Positions 1-9,387 of a DNA stretch of 64,000 bases are shown here, piece after piece (the stretch's first letter is position 1; each line of letters starts with the position of its first letter). Position numbers and translations under genes: made by a program. This stretch comes from Patescibacteria group bacterium (GTDB lineage: Bacteria > Patescibacteriota > Minisyncoccia > JAHIHE01 > JAGLIN01), in NCBI GenBank assembly GCA_041670805.1, contig JBAXYM010000002.1:1309-65308 (forward strand). Direction: 5' to 3'. The notes under the pieces are model-generated. The model worked only from the letters and a program-made list of their open reading frames with translations, was not told where the DNA came from and did not search any database.

Positions 1-104
1 GCCACGATAATTTCATAATCAGTAAAACTCTGCCGCTTGATGCTTTCCAAAAGTTTAGGCAGATATTTTTCTTCGTTCTTGGTTGGGATAACTATTGACA
101 ACAT
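1..104 (-). CDS. Glycosyltransferase family 2, N-terminal part (runs off the window)
   Basis: Manual translation MLSIVIPTKNEEKYLPKLLESIKRQSFTDYEIIV matches the typical GT2 N-terminus; not in the ORF track. Confidence 0.85.
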   Translation of the reverse strand, partial: MLSIVIPTKNEEKYLPKLLESIKRQSFTDYEIIV

Positions 105-142
105 ATGTTTGCATTTTCCAAATTAGTTTTAACAGTTATATT

Positions 143-1306
143 TTATTCTTCTTTTTTCTTCCGAATCAAATCCTTATATAGCGCAACTATTTTGTTCGCC
201 CAGGGAGCAATACAGAATTCCCGGGCGTTGATGCGCGCGCTTGCGGACATCTTGTTGCGAAGTTCGCCGTCCTCAATGAGCCTGACAGTATTGGCGGCAA
301 AATTATCCTCCGTGTTGTCCGTCAAGATCCCGTCTTGTCCGGACTTGATCATATCCTCAATCCCGCTGGCCTTTACCGCGACTACCGGCAGACCAGCCGC
401 CATCGCTTCCACCGCCACCAGCCCCTGCGTCTCCGTCAGCGAGGCGAAAACAAATATATCGCCGGCCTGATAATGCGCGATCATTCCTTCTTTGTCCAAC
501 AGCCCCGTAAAAATGACACAATCCTCCAACTGCAATTCCTTGACCAAAGCCTCGAGCTCGTCGCGAAAACTGCCCTCGCCGACAATCATCAGTTTCGCGT
601 CTTTCCGCGTCTTGCGGATGATTGCAAAAGCCCGCACCAGAAAATCGATGTTTTTTTCCGGCACCACCCTGCTGGCAGTAACAAGCAGCACCTCGTTTTC
701 TTTCACGCCGTATTTGCCGCGAAGCTCCGTCCGCCTGCCTGCGTCCTCGGCGAACTGATCGATATCAATGCCGCTCGGAATGACATAAACGGATTTTTTT
801 ATGCCGTCGTCAAAGAGTAACTGCTTGATGGCGCCGGAAGGAGCGATCACCGCATCGCACTTCCTGCAATTGCGATTGACTATGTAGCGAATGATTTTCT
901 GCGAAATCTTTTTGGGAATCAGCATTACGTAATGGTAATAATCCGTATACTTGATATGGTAAGTAAGCACGACCGGAATATTGAGCTTTCTGCCGAACTT
1001 GGTCGCCTCCCAGCCCAAAGAAAACGGCTGATGGCTATGAATGATATCAAGGCTCAAAGAGCGGACGACATCTTCCATTTTAGATAGCGGTGGCACTGGA
1101 ATGGCATAAAGAAAATCGTCATAGTTGAAACAAAACGATTTGTAGCGAAAAACATTTTTTTCTTTCTCCTCCCAATTGGGATAGCTGGGACAAAAGATGA
1201 AGACCTCATGCCCGGCTTCCTGAAGACCCTTGCTCAAGTTAATAACCGACGTTTCCATACCCCCTCTGGAAGGAGTATAGTAATTGATAAACATTCCGAT
1301 TCGCAT
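143..1306 (-). CDS. Glycosyltransferase family 4 (diacylglycerol glucosyltransferase-like)
   Basis: GG-x-ETS N-terminus, HSHQPF, ETQGLVAVEAMAAGLP (EX7E) motif. Confidence 0.9.
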   Translation of the reverse strand: MRIGMFINYYTPSRGGMETSVINLSKGLQEAGHEVFIFCPSYPNWEEKEKNVFRYKSFCFNYDDFLYAIPVPPLSKMEDVVRSLSLDIIHSHQPFSLGWEATKFGRKLNIPVVLTYHIKYTDYYHYVMLIPKKISQKIIRYIVNRNCRKCDAVIAPSGAIKQLLFDDGIKKSVYVIPSGIDIDQFAEDAGRRTELRGKYGVKENEVLLVTASRVVPEKNIDFLVRAFAIIRKTRKDAKLMIVGEGSFRDELEALVKELQLEDCVIFTGLLDKEGMIAHYQAGDIFVFASLTETQGLVAVEAMAAGLPVVAVKASGIEDMIKSGQDGILTDNTEDNFAANTVRLIEDGELRNKMSASARINAREFCIAPWANKIVALYKDLIRKKKEE

Positions 1307-1325
1307 GGCCGTAAATGGTTACTGA

Positions 1326-1787
1326 TTATTTTATCTTGAAAATTCTTTTTGTCTCTTTTTCAAAGTGGCGCCAAAAATAATACCAAAGGGAAGAAAAATA
1401 AACAACATTTATGAAAAACAGCGAAATAAGTATAATGGCATCATAGCTGGCACGCACCCAATAATCGTTTTCCAATTTAAACCACATCCCGAATTCGTCG
1501 AAAGTAAGTCCCAGCCCGACACCGTAGAGAACGCCGATTTTCAGACGATTCTTCTCATTTTGAAAAACCAGCGCCAAAAATCCGGCGATGGCCATAATGC
1601 CGATTCCATAATTGAGATGATGGATGTGATAGCCTTTGATATACAAATAGGGATCTTCTATAATTCCAAAAGTCGCGGAAAGCACATAAAGCCTGGCGAT
1701 AATGAACGTAAAAAGAAAAGCGACCAGCACGACAAAACTGACTTTTTTCTTGTGTTTCTCAATAAGATTATCGTGGACTCTCCCCAT
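1326..1787 (-). CDS. Conserved hypothetical membrane protein
   Basis: About 4 hydrophobic segments; HIHHLNYG and GLGLTFDEF motifs. Confidence 0.75.
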   Translation of the reverse strand: MGRVHDNLIEKHKKKVSFVVLVAFLFTFIIARLYVLSATFGIIEDPYLYIKGYHIHHLNYGIGIMAIAGFLALVFQNEKNRLKIGVLYGVGLGLTFDEFGMWFKLENDYWVRASYDAIILISLFFINVVYFSSLWYYFWRHFEKETKRIFKIK

Positions 1788-1823
1788 TTTGCTTTTAAGA
1801 ATGAGATAAAATTAAAACAATAC

Positions 1824-1860
1824 GCCACAAGTCCTTTGCCTGATGCAAGGACTTGTGGCA
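1824..1860 (-). terminator. Intrinsic terminator-like hairpin after the POR delta gene
   Basis: GCCACAAGTCCT...GGACTTGTGGC stem followed by a T-rich tract on the minus strand. Confidence 0.65.
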
Positions 1861-1872
1861 GACAGAAATAAA

Positions 1873-2178
1873 TTACTCCAGCGCTTCCATCCTAATCGCC
1901 TTCACTGGGCAGTCATTGGCGCAGATGCCGCAGCCCTTGCAGTAGTCAAGATCGATTTGATCAATGATGCTCTTTTTGCCGCCTTTTTCATCCGCGACTT
2001 CTTTGATTTTGATCGCCATCTCGGGACAATAGGCGGCGCAGCGCAAACACCCTACGCAATCGTTTTTTGAAAAGACCGGTTTTTGCGATTTCCAACCGCC
2101 GGTTTTCACTTCTTTGGAATTCCCCGCCTCGGTAATTTTGCCGCCGATTGAAATTTCTTTCGCTGTTTTAAGCTTCAT
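1873..2178 (-). CDS. porD: Pyruvate/2-oxoacid:ferredoxin oxidoreductase delta subunit
   Basis: KTGGWKSQKP, two 4Fe-4S motifs (CVGCLRCAAYCP, CKGCGICANDCP); start reassigned to MKLKTAK. Confidence 0.88.
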   Translation of the reverse strand: MKLKTAKEISIGGKITEAGNSKEVKTGGWKSQKPVFSKNDCVGCLRCAAYCPEMAIKIKEVADEKGGKKSIIDQIDLDYCKGCGICANDCPVKAIRMEALE

Positions 2179-2221
2179 ATATGTAAAAGTTAATGTTTTA
2201 TCTAACCCCCGGCAAAAACAA

Positions 2222-2797
2222 TCAGCGCCCTTCGACTTCTTCATAACCTCTTTGCAAAGCTTCCAGATTTTTGTCTATCATTTCCCGGGTCATCTTGGCA
2301 CCGAATTTATTTTGCAGCTGATTCGCAACTTCTTTGTAGGGAATTTTTGAATAAAGCTTGGCGATAGCGCCGACTATTACCGTGTTGGGAAGATCTTTTC
2401 CCAAAAGCTCCTTGGCAATACCGCTGGCATCAAGAGTATATATTTTGCAATTTTTATTCGTGATATGGATGGCAATCTCTTTTTCGGATTTGGGCGTATT
2501 GACGAGCAAGATTCCGTCCTTCTCAATTCCGTCCGCAACGTCCACGCTCAATAAAAGAGAAGCGTCCATCACCACCGCCATATCCGGTCGCTCCACGTCG
2601 CCGTGCAACCGGATTTCTTGGTCGCTGAGCCTCACGAAAGTTTTCATCGGCGCGCCGGAACGCTCCGGACCGTATTCTGCAAAAGTCTGCGCAAACTTTC
2701 CATCCGCGATAAAAGCTTTGGCAATTACGATGCCCGCCGTCTTCGCGCCCTGCCCGCCCCGACTGTGAATCCGGATCTGATAAATATTTTCTATCAT
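2222..2797 (-). CDS. porC: Pyruvate/2-oxoacid:ferredoxin oxidoreductase gamma subunit
   Basis: IRIHSRGGQGAKT and YGPERSGAP motifs. Confidence 0.92.
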   Translation of the reverse strand: MIENIYQIRIHSRGGQGAKTAGIVIAKAFIADGKFAQTFAEYGPERSGAPMKTFVRLSDQEIRLHGDVERPDMAVVMDASLLLSVDVADGIEKDGILLVNTPKSEKEIAIHITNKNCKIYTLDASGIAKELLGKDLPNTVIVGAIAKLYSKIPYKEVANQLQNKFGAKMTREMIDKNLEALQRGYEEVEGR

Positions 2798-2862
2798 AAT
2801 TTTTATGTTATAAAATTATTTTTCTTTCTTGGAATTTATATGCCGAAATAATATCCAAAAAA

Positions 2863-4938
2863 TCACACAATAATTCTCACGTCCACCGCCTTGCATCCTT
2901 CGCCTTCCTTTTGCACTATCAGCGGATTTATATCCATCTCTTTGATTTCCGGGTGATGCACGACCAGGCTCGAAAGCCCCACCAAAGCATCAGCGAGCGC
3001 CTCAATGTCCATCTTGGGAAATTCCCGATACCCCGTGAGCGTCTTGAACGATTTTGTTTCCCGTATCATCTCCAGTGCCTCGTCCCGGTCAATGGGAGCG
3101 AAACGAAAAGCCACGTCTTTGACGACTTCCGTATAAACTCCGCCCAGACCGAACATCAGCATATGCCCGAAATTTCCCTCTTTTGTGACACCCAAAATTA
3201 TTTCCCGCCCGGCGACCATCGGCTGCAAAATCATTCCGTCAAGCTCATCTCCAAGCTTGCTTTTAATTCTATCAAAATATTCACAAACCTCCAAATCATT
3301 TTTGATATCAATCTTCACGCCTTCAACCTCCGTTTTGTGGCTGATTTTTTTGGAAAAAATTTTCATCGCCACCGGATAGCCTATCTCTTTCGCAATTCGC
3401 ACTGCCTCATCGCCGCTGTACGCGACTTTCGACTTTGCAACAGAAATGCCGTGATCCTGCAAAAGCTGAAGAGCTTCTATGAAATCAGGATTCTGCTTGA
3501 GCACGGCAGATTCATGTTCCTCCTGATTTGCCACCGCGCTCATCCGGCAGGAAGCCAAATATTCTCTCGCTTCCTCTTTGTTCTTTTCACATTCCCATAT
3601 TTTTCCCAAGGCATTGATTGCGGAAGAAAGATGGTTATAGGTCGCAAGCGAACTTTTCTTGAGCTTCGGAATCGTTTCCTGCATCAGCTCTCCACCGATA
3701 AAGCTCACCGTGATCGGCTTGTCCGTTCGCTTGGCGGCATCAATCAAAACCTTGGCGGTCTTCTCTATTTCAGTGCCTCTTTGCGGCGTAAGAATAAACA
3801 CGATGCCGTCGACATTTTTGTCTTCCAGCAAAACATCCAGCGCGATTTTAAACCTGTCTTCTTTGGCGTCCCCCATCACGTCCACCGGATTGTGAATGTT
3901 AGCTTCCGCCGGCAGATTCGCCTTTAGAATATCCGTTGTTTTTTTGGACAGCGACGCCAGCCGAAGTCCACACTCTTCAATCTCGTCCGTCGCAAGCACC
4001 CCCGGTCCGCCGGCGTTGGTGATAATCGCAATGCGATTGTTTTTCAGTCCCGGGTAACGCGAGAGAAAATTCGCCGCGCCGAAAAGCTCCTGCATATTTT
4101 TGACCCGCGTCGCTCCCGTCTGCGCAAACGCCACTTTCACCGCCGCGTCCGCACCGGCAAGCGCGCCCGTGTGAGACTGCATCGCTTTTTGCGAGGACTT
4201 GGAAACGCCAGGCTTGATGATGACCAGCGGCTTGACTTTCGCCAATTCCGCCGCCGCTTTCATAAATTTTTCGCCGTCCTTGATGCTCTCGAGATATGCC
4301 AGCACCGCCGTGGTTTCATCGTCATCTTTGAAATATTCCAGCAGTTCCGTTTCCGACACGACAGCCTTGTTGCCGATACTAACAAACCGCGAAAATCCCA
4401 CGCCGCTAGCATTGGCCCAGTCCAACATCGCCGAGCAGATAGCACCCGATTGAGAGATAAACCCCAAGCTTCCTTTGCGCGTCATACCGTTGGCAAAAGA
4501 TACGTTGAGCTTGTTGATAGAGTCCGCCAGTCCCAGACAGTTCGGACCGATAATTTCGATATCAAATTCCCGGGCAATCGCCTGCATCTCCGCCTCCAAC
4601 TTGGCGCCTTCCTTGCCGGTCTCTTTAAATCCCGCCGAGATGACAATGACATTGCCGATGCCTTTTTCTCCGCACTCTCGCAAAGCGGCGTTTACAAAAG
4701 GCGCCGGAATGACAATGACCGCCAAATCGACTTTCTCTTTTATTTCCAAAACCGACGGATAAGCCCTAAAGCCCAAGATTTTTTTGGCTTTCAAATTAAC
4801 GGGATAGATATTCCCTTTGTATTTTCCCTCAACAAGATTTTTCAAAATTCCGTAGCCGATTTTGCTTTTGTCCGCTGACGCGCCGATAATCGCCACCGAC
4901 TTCGGAGAAAAAAATTTTTCAAGTTTGGTTTGTGACAT
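2863..4938 (-). CDS. Acetate-CoA ligase (ADP-forming), fused alpha/beta
   Basis: PKSVAIIGAS, GPNCLG, SQSGA, SHTGALAG phospho-His motif, C-terminal ATP-grasp (HKTEVEGV, EMDINPL). Confidence 0.92.
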   Translation of the reverse strand: MSQTKLEKFFSPKSVAIIGASADKSKIGYGILKNLVEGKYKGNIYPVNLKAKKILGFRAYPSVLEIKEKVDLAVIVIPAPFVNAALRECGEKGIGNVIVISAGFKETGKEGAKLEAEMQAIAREFDIEIIGPNCLGLADSINKLNVSFANGMTRKGSLGFISQSGAICSAMLDWANASGVGFSRFVSIGNKAVVSETELLEYFKDDDETTAVLAYLESIKDGEKFMKAAAELAKVKPLVIIKPGVSKSSQKAMQSHTGALAGADAAVKVAFAQTGATRVKNMQELFGAANFLSRYPGLKNNRIAIITNAGGPGVLATDEIEECGLRLASLSKKTTDILKANLPAEANIHNPVDVMGDAKEDRFKIALDVLLEDKNVDGIVFILTPQRGTEIEKTAKVLIDAAKRTDKPITVSFIGGELMQETIPKLKKSSLATYNHLSSAINALGKIWECEKNKEEAREYLASCRMSAVANQEEHESAVLKQNPDFIEALQLLQDHGISVAKSKVAYSGDEAVRIAKEIGYPVAMKIFSKKISHKTEVEGVKIDIKNDLEVCEYFDRIKSKLGDELDGMILQPMVAGREIILGVTKEGNFGHMLMFGLGGVYTEVVKDVAFRFAPIDRDEALEMIRETKSFKTLTGYREFPKMDIEALADALVGLSSLVVHHPEIKEMDINPLIVQKEGEGCKAVDVRIIV

Positions 4939-5003
4939 ATATTATTTCATTAAATAAAAATCTAAAATGTTTTGGTCTCTAAGTGACGGATGCCTCTGAT
5001 ATA

Positions 5004-5051
5004 CAAAACTTTTTCTCCTGAGAAAAACCGGCATTTTGTCATCCTCATAAG
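5004..5051. repeat. Repeat family G (~50 bp; related copies at ~7112-7155 and ~23881-23943)
   Basis: Shared TTTCTCC(T/C)GA..AAA...TTTTG(T/C)CATCCTC core at three loci. Confidence 0.6.
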
Positions 5052-5054
5052 AAC

Positions 5055-5250
5055 CCTGACCCGTTTGCACTTTGAAATCGCTTATTTCAGCCAAATCAAA
5101 AGATAAAATCAATCTTTATTTGTCATTCCAGAATTTCGGTACTCCGAAATATCCGGAATCCCGTAGCTATGCAAAACAAGCATTGTATTTCATTTTTACC
5201 GGCTTGGTAACGGGATCCCGGATATTTGCTGCGCAAATTCCGGGATGACA
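5055..5250. mobile_element. Composite repeat, short form: family F left end plus family B doublet (5121-5250)
   Basis: CCTGACCCGTTTGCACTTT end, then TGTCATTCC..GGAATCCCG / spacer / CGGGATCCCGG..GGGATGACA. Confidence 0.8.
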
Positions 5251-5290
5251 AGTTAGTGGATTTGATAAAATATTCTCATCTTAATAATCT

Positions 5291-6316
5291 TCACCCCTCC
5301 AGACTTACTTTTTTCACTTCAACCATTTCCAGTTTCTCCTCAATCTCCTCCCGCGACATGACCCCTCTTTCGGCGCCGTATTCCGTAACCTCGCCGCCGC
5401 CGTTGATAACACCGAATTTAAGCGCCGTTTCAAAATTTTCCGTAAGCATATATCCCGCAACCAAACCGGAACCGAAAGCGTCTCCCGCGCCGGTGGTATC
5501 CGTCTGCCGCATCGCGTAGGCGCCCGACTTGAAAATTTCTTCGCCCGCAAAAAAGCAAGCGCCTTTTTTGCCGTCAGTGATGACAACATTAGCCGCGCCC
5601 CAAGACTTGATCGTTTTTATCAATTTAACAATGTCATTGAAATCTTCGCCCGCCAATCCGGAAGAAGCGTCGCTCTTCGCAAGTTCAATCGCTTCGTCTT
5701 TATTGATAATCAAAAGATATGTGAATTTCATAAACTCAAGAAGTTTTTCCTTGCCGGATGAGATTTCCGTTTCGCCCGGATTCCATGCCAGCCTGATACC
5801 GCGGCTCTTCACAACCTCCCCTATCTTACGGAGATTATTTTCAAAATTGTCGCCCAAGGAAGTCAGGTAAATCCATTTGACGCCTTCAATTTCCTCCGGG
5901 TGAATTTCCAAACTGTTAGCCGCACCTTTGTGCGTAAAAATCACCCGCTCCTCCTCCCGGTCGACGGCGTTCAAAACGATAAAAGAAAAAGCGGAGCTCC
6001 GCGCTTCGTCAAGCTGCATCAAGTCGGTGGAAATACCGCGCTTTTGCAAATTTTCCAAAATCGATTTGCCGTTGCCGTCGTTGCCAACCCGTGAAATCAC
6101 CGCCGCGTTCAGCCCCAGCTTGGCAAAAGTCGCCGCTGCATTGCAAGCGCCGCCGCCGAAATTCATCCGCACTTCTTCGCTGCGAATTTTTGCGCCATAC
6201 TCGAAAGCCAGCAACCGCTGAGAAATCAAGTCCTCCGGCGTTTCAATCACTTTCCCCCGATCGGTCAAAAATGTTATGTCGCGAGTCGCCCCGCCAATCG
6301 TAATGATATCAAGCAT
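5291..6316 (-). CDS. PfkB-family carbohydrate kinase
   Basis: GGGACNAA and DTTGAGDAFGSG signatures; start reassigned to MLDIITIGG. Confidence 0.9.
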   Translation of the reverse strand: MLDIITIGGATRDITFLTDRGKVIETPEDLISQRLLAFEYGAKIRSEEVRMNFGGGACNAAATFAKLGLNAAVISRVGNDGNGKSILENLQKRGISTDLMQLDEARSSAFSFIVLNAVDREEERVIFTHKGAANSLEIHPEEIEGVKWIYLTSLGDNFENNLRKIGEVVKSRGIRLAWNPGETEISSGKEKLLEFMKFTYLLIINKDEAIELAKSDASSGLAGEDFNDIVKLIKTIKSWGAANVVITDGKKGACFFAGEEIFKSGAYAMRQTDTTGAGDAFGSGLVAGYMLTENFETALKFGVINGGGEVTEYGAERGVMSREEIEEKLEMVEVKKVSLEG

Positions 6317-6413
6317 ATAGCTTCCGATTAATATTCTTGAATATATTATAGCAATTAAAAACGTTTTAATCCAATTATTATGAAAAATCAAAAAGCACCC
6401 GAAAAAATCGCCC

Positions 6414-7052
6414 TCAGCACATTGTATACCATTGTCCATCCAGAGGATCGGTGTACCCTATAAAAGCCAAGATGCTGTTGACTATCACCCATGCGGCAAG
6501 AACATAACCAAAGCCCATAAGCGCCGAACCCAGCACCGATTTGATTTTGACCATTACATCGGTCTCTCCGACGGCCGTCATGGCAATCAGCTGTCCAAGT
6601 ATGATTGCCAGCACCGTAACCACGCCGACTATTTTTATCAGATAATTCAGCACGAGCTGAAGCGTCAGAGGGATAGCGCAGAAATCGCACGCCTTGCATT
6701 CGTCCCACGACGTGTCCGGATCATTAAAATATTTTCCGCAAGGAATAAGCCCGCCCGAACCCGATATGTCGCTGCATTCTGTCGTTGCGGTAGCAGGAGC
6801 GTCGCCGGACTCGGGATAAAGCGGCGCAGGCTCGGATTCCGCAGGAACAACGGCGGCGGGAGTATCGCTATCCGTAGAGGATGCCGGGGTCTGGGCGGGA
6901 GTGTTGCTGTCCGTCGCAAAGGCGGTCGGAGTCGGACTAAATAAAAAAGAGTGCATTTCGTCGGAACGGATATTCGAAGCCGCGCCGTTTTGCAGACTTA
7001 AAAAACCGCACACGAGCACAAGCGCCAAAACCAACATTTTTTTCATATACAC
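6414..7052 (-). CDS. Secreted/membrane pilin-like (VirB2/TrbC-like) protein
   Basis: Signal-like N-terminus, P/T/S-rich linker, GLIPCG...CDFC, two C-terminal hydrophobic helices. Confidence 0.6.
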   Translation of the reverse strand: MYMKKMLVLALVLVCGFLSLQNGAASNIRSDEMHSFLFSPTPTAFATDSNTPAQTPASSTDSDTPAAVVPAESEPAPLYPESGDAPATATTECSDISGSGGLIPCGKYFNDPDTSWDECKACDFCAIPLTLQLVLNYLIKIVGVVTVLAIILGQLIAMTAVGETDVMVKIKSVLGSALMGFGYVLAAWVIVNSILAFIGYTDPLDGQWYTMC

Positions 7053-7160
7053 AACTTAACGTATAAATATTTGAAGCTTTTCCATATTTTAACGATAGGC
7101 GGTTCAGGCACAGACACTATTTCTCCCGAAATAAACTCCGGATTTTGCCATCCTCAATGT

Positions 7161-7238
7161 GGATCACATCAGAAATGATGTGAACAACGCAGGACAAAAC
7201 GTTTTCGCGCAGCATTCACACCATTTCTGGTGTGATCC
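7161..7238. repeat. Family A REP doublet
   Basis: GGATCACATCAGAAATGATGTGAA...TTCACACCATTTCTGGTGTGATCC. Confidence 0.95.
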
Positions 7239-7388
7239 AAATACAAAATTGGTATTTGTTACAAAAACATGTTAATTGTACATAGGGAATCCTTACAGGA
7301 CAAAAGGAATAAATCAGTGCGGGAATTATAAAAAAATTATTTTATATAATCCAAACGCGTAAATCCCGATACGATAGATCCGCCCAAT

Positions 7389-8948
7389 CTATTTCTCTAT
7401 CAAACTTCCCAAGACCATCGCCTTGGGCTTCGGAACGTTCAACACGTCCAGGAGCGTTGGAGCGACATTTCCCAAGACTCCGTTTTTATTAAGCCTGCAA
7501 TTTTTCTTCGTCAGACCCTTTTTCACAATGATAAAAGGCACCGGATTTTTGCTGTGCATTGTGGAAATATTTCCCGTCTCGGGATCCAGCATCTCGTCCG
7601 CATTGCCGTGATCGGCGGTAATAATCGCCGCGCCGCCGCTTGCCAAAACTTCGCTCACTACTTTTTCCAAACACTTGTCCAGAAATTCCACCGCGCAGAT
7701 GGTGGCTTTCAAGTTCCCCGTGTGCCCCACCATATCGGCATTGGCATAATTGACCAATATAAAATCATATATGCTGTGTTCAATATTGGAGACGATAACA
7801 TCCGTAATGTCTCCCGCGGACATTTCCGGTTTTTGGTCGTAAGTAAATACGTTTTTGGAGATAATTCTCTCGCGATTCTCCGAAGCGATCGGCTCGCTGT
7901 GCCCGCCATTGATGAAATAAGTTACGTGCGGATATTTTTCCGCTTCGGCGATATAGAGCTGTTTGAATTTTTGCAATACTTTAGGCAAAGTATCCTCCAC
8001 CGCCTGCGAGGCGTAAGCTATCTGCACCGGCAAATCCTGCCCGAAATCAGTCAACGTACACATAAAAACATTGTGCAGAATATGCTTGCGATTCTCGTAG
8101 TCTCGCATCTCCGGCGCGATCAGCATCTTGGTCATCTGACGCGCGCGATCCCCGCGTAAATTAAAAAATATCACCGCATCGTTGTCCTTGATCGTAGCGA
8201 CCGGTCTTCCTTCTTTGTCTACGATAGTGGTCGGAATTATAAACTCGTCAGTGAGTCCGTGGTTGTATGCGTCCTTTATCACCTGCTCGGCGGAATTTCC
8301 TCTGGCGCCTTCGCCCAAAACCATGGCGTCATAAGCGCGCTGCAGTCTGTCCCAATGTTTGACTCGATCCATCGCATAATATCTCCCGCCGATGCTCGCA
8401 ACTTTTCCAACTCCGATTTCTTTGATTTTGTCATTAAGTGCCCGCAAAAACACCAAAGAACTCTTCTCAAAAGCATCGCGACCGTCGGTGAAAAGATGAA
8501 GATAAATTTCCTTGACCCCGCTGTCTTTCGCCATCCGCATCAGAGCAAAGAGATGTTCGGGATCGCTGTGGGGACTGTCCGAATCCGACAAAAGCCCCAT
8601 CATATGCAAATCGGTCTTTTGCGTGAGTGCATGATTGATAGTCCGGCGAATACGCGGATTTTCGAAAAATTTTCCCGACTGGATATCCTCGTTTATGATT
8701 TGCGAATCTTGTTTGATAATTCTGCCCGCTCCGATATTGACATGCCCGGCCTCGCTCCCACTCCGTTCGTTCTCGCTCAATCCGACCGCCAACCCGGTGG
8801 CGTTGAGCTGTGTGTAAGGATATTTGGCGACCAGACTGTCGAAAAAGGGCTTCTTGGCAAGCTCAATTGCATTGCCTTCCGATTTGGGAGCCACCCCCCA
8901 GCCGTCCAGGATAATCAGCATATTTGTAGGTTTTTTCAATTCGGTCAT
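7389..8948 (-). CDS. gpmI: 2,3-bisphosphoglycerate-independent phosphoglycerate mutase, copy 1
   Basis: LIILDGWG, GSEAGH, TDGRD, GRYYAMDR, DMVGHTG, TADHGN. Confidence 0.95.
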   Translation of the reverse strand: MTELKKPTNMLIILDGWGVAPKSEGNAIELAKKPFFDSLVAKYPYTQLNATGLAVGLSENERSGSEAGHVNIGAGRIIKQDSQIINEDIQSGKFFENPRIRRTINHALTQKTDLHMMGLLSDSDSPHSDPEHLFALMRMAKDSGVKEIYLHLFTDGRDAFEKSSLVFLRALNDKIKEIGVGKVASIGGRYYAMDRVKHWDRLQRAYDAMVLGEGARGNSAEQVIKDAYNHGLTDEFIIPTTIVDKEGRPVATIKDNDAVIFFNLRGDRARQMTKMLIAPEMRDYENRKHILHNVFMCTLTDFGQDLPVQIAYASQAVEDTLPKVLQKFKQLYIAEAEKYPHVTYFINGGHSEPIASENRERIISKNVFTYDQKPEMSAGDITDVIVSNIEHSIYDFILVNYANADMVGHTGNLKATICAVEFLDKCLEKVVSEVLASGGAAIITADHGNADEMLDPETGNISTMHSKNPVPFIIVKKGLTKKNCRLNKNGVLGNVAPTLLDVLNVPKPKAMVLGSLIEK

Positions 8949-9003
8949 AATTTTTTATTTTTATCTTAATCAAATTTTTATCTTATATTGATGCATTATA
9001 CTA

Positions 9004-9070
9004 AATCACTTTCAAATTTTGTACAATATGGAAATCTGCACTAAGCTCTACAGGGATTGTCTTCGAAGAA
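9004..9070. repeat. Repeat family H (~66 bp; inverted copy at 16495-16560)
   Basis: AATCACTTTCAAATT...ACAATATGGAAATCTGC..AAGCTCT..AGGGA.TGTCTTCGA matches the reverse complement of 16495-16560. Confidence 0.85.
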
Positions 9071-9080
9071 TTTTGCATTC

Positions 9081-9159
9081 GGATCACACCGGAAATGGTG
9101 TGAAATGCTGCACGAGAACGTTTTGTCCTGCGTTGTTCACACCATTTCTGGTGTGATCC
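9081..9159. repeat. Family A REP doublet
   Basis: Same inverted arms, spacer in the opposite orientation. Confidence 0.95.
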
Positions 9160-9183
9160 GTAAATTCAGAATACATTATTTTT

Positions 9184-9321
9184 TGTCATCTCGAAGGAGT
9201 ACTCGACTGAGAGATCTGGGAAATGCACGAAGCTGTGCCGATGTTATTTTCACAGTAAGATTATATTTGCATAGTATTGTTCCCGGATTTCTCAATCGGA
9301 GTACCTCATTTCGAAATGACA
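9184..9321. repeat. Family C TGTC-tagged doublet
   Basis: TGTCATCTCGAAGGAGTACTCGACTGAGAGATC...GATTTCTCAATCGGAGTACCTCATTTCGAAATGACA. Confidence 0.9.
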
Positions 9322-9387
9322 GATATTGATTGTTTCTTTTAACAGGAGTGCCTTCTCGCAACGACAGGCTAAACGCGTAAGTCCTAA

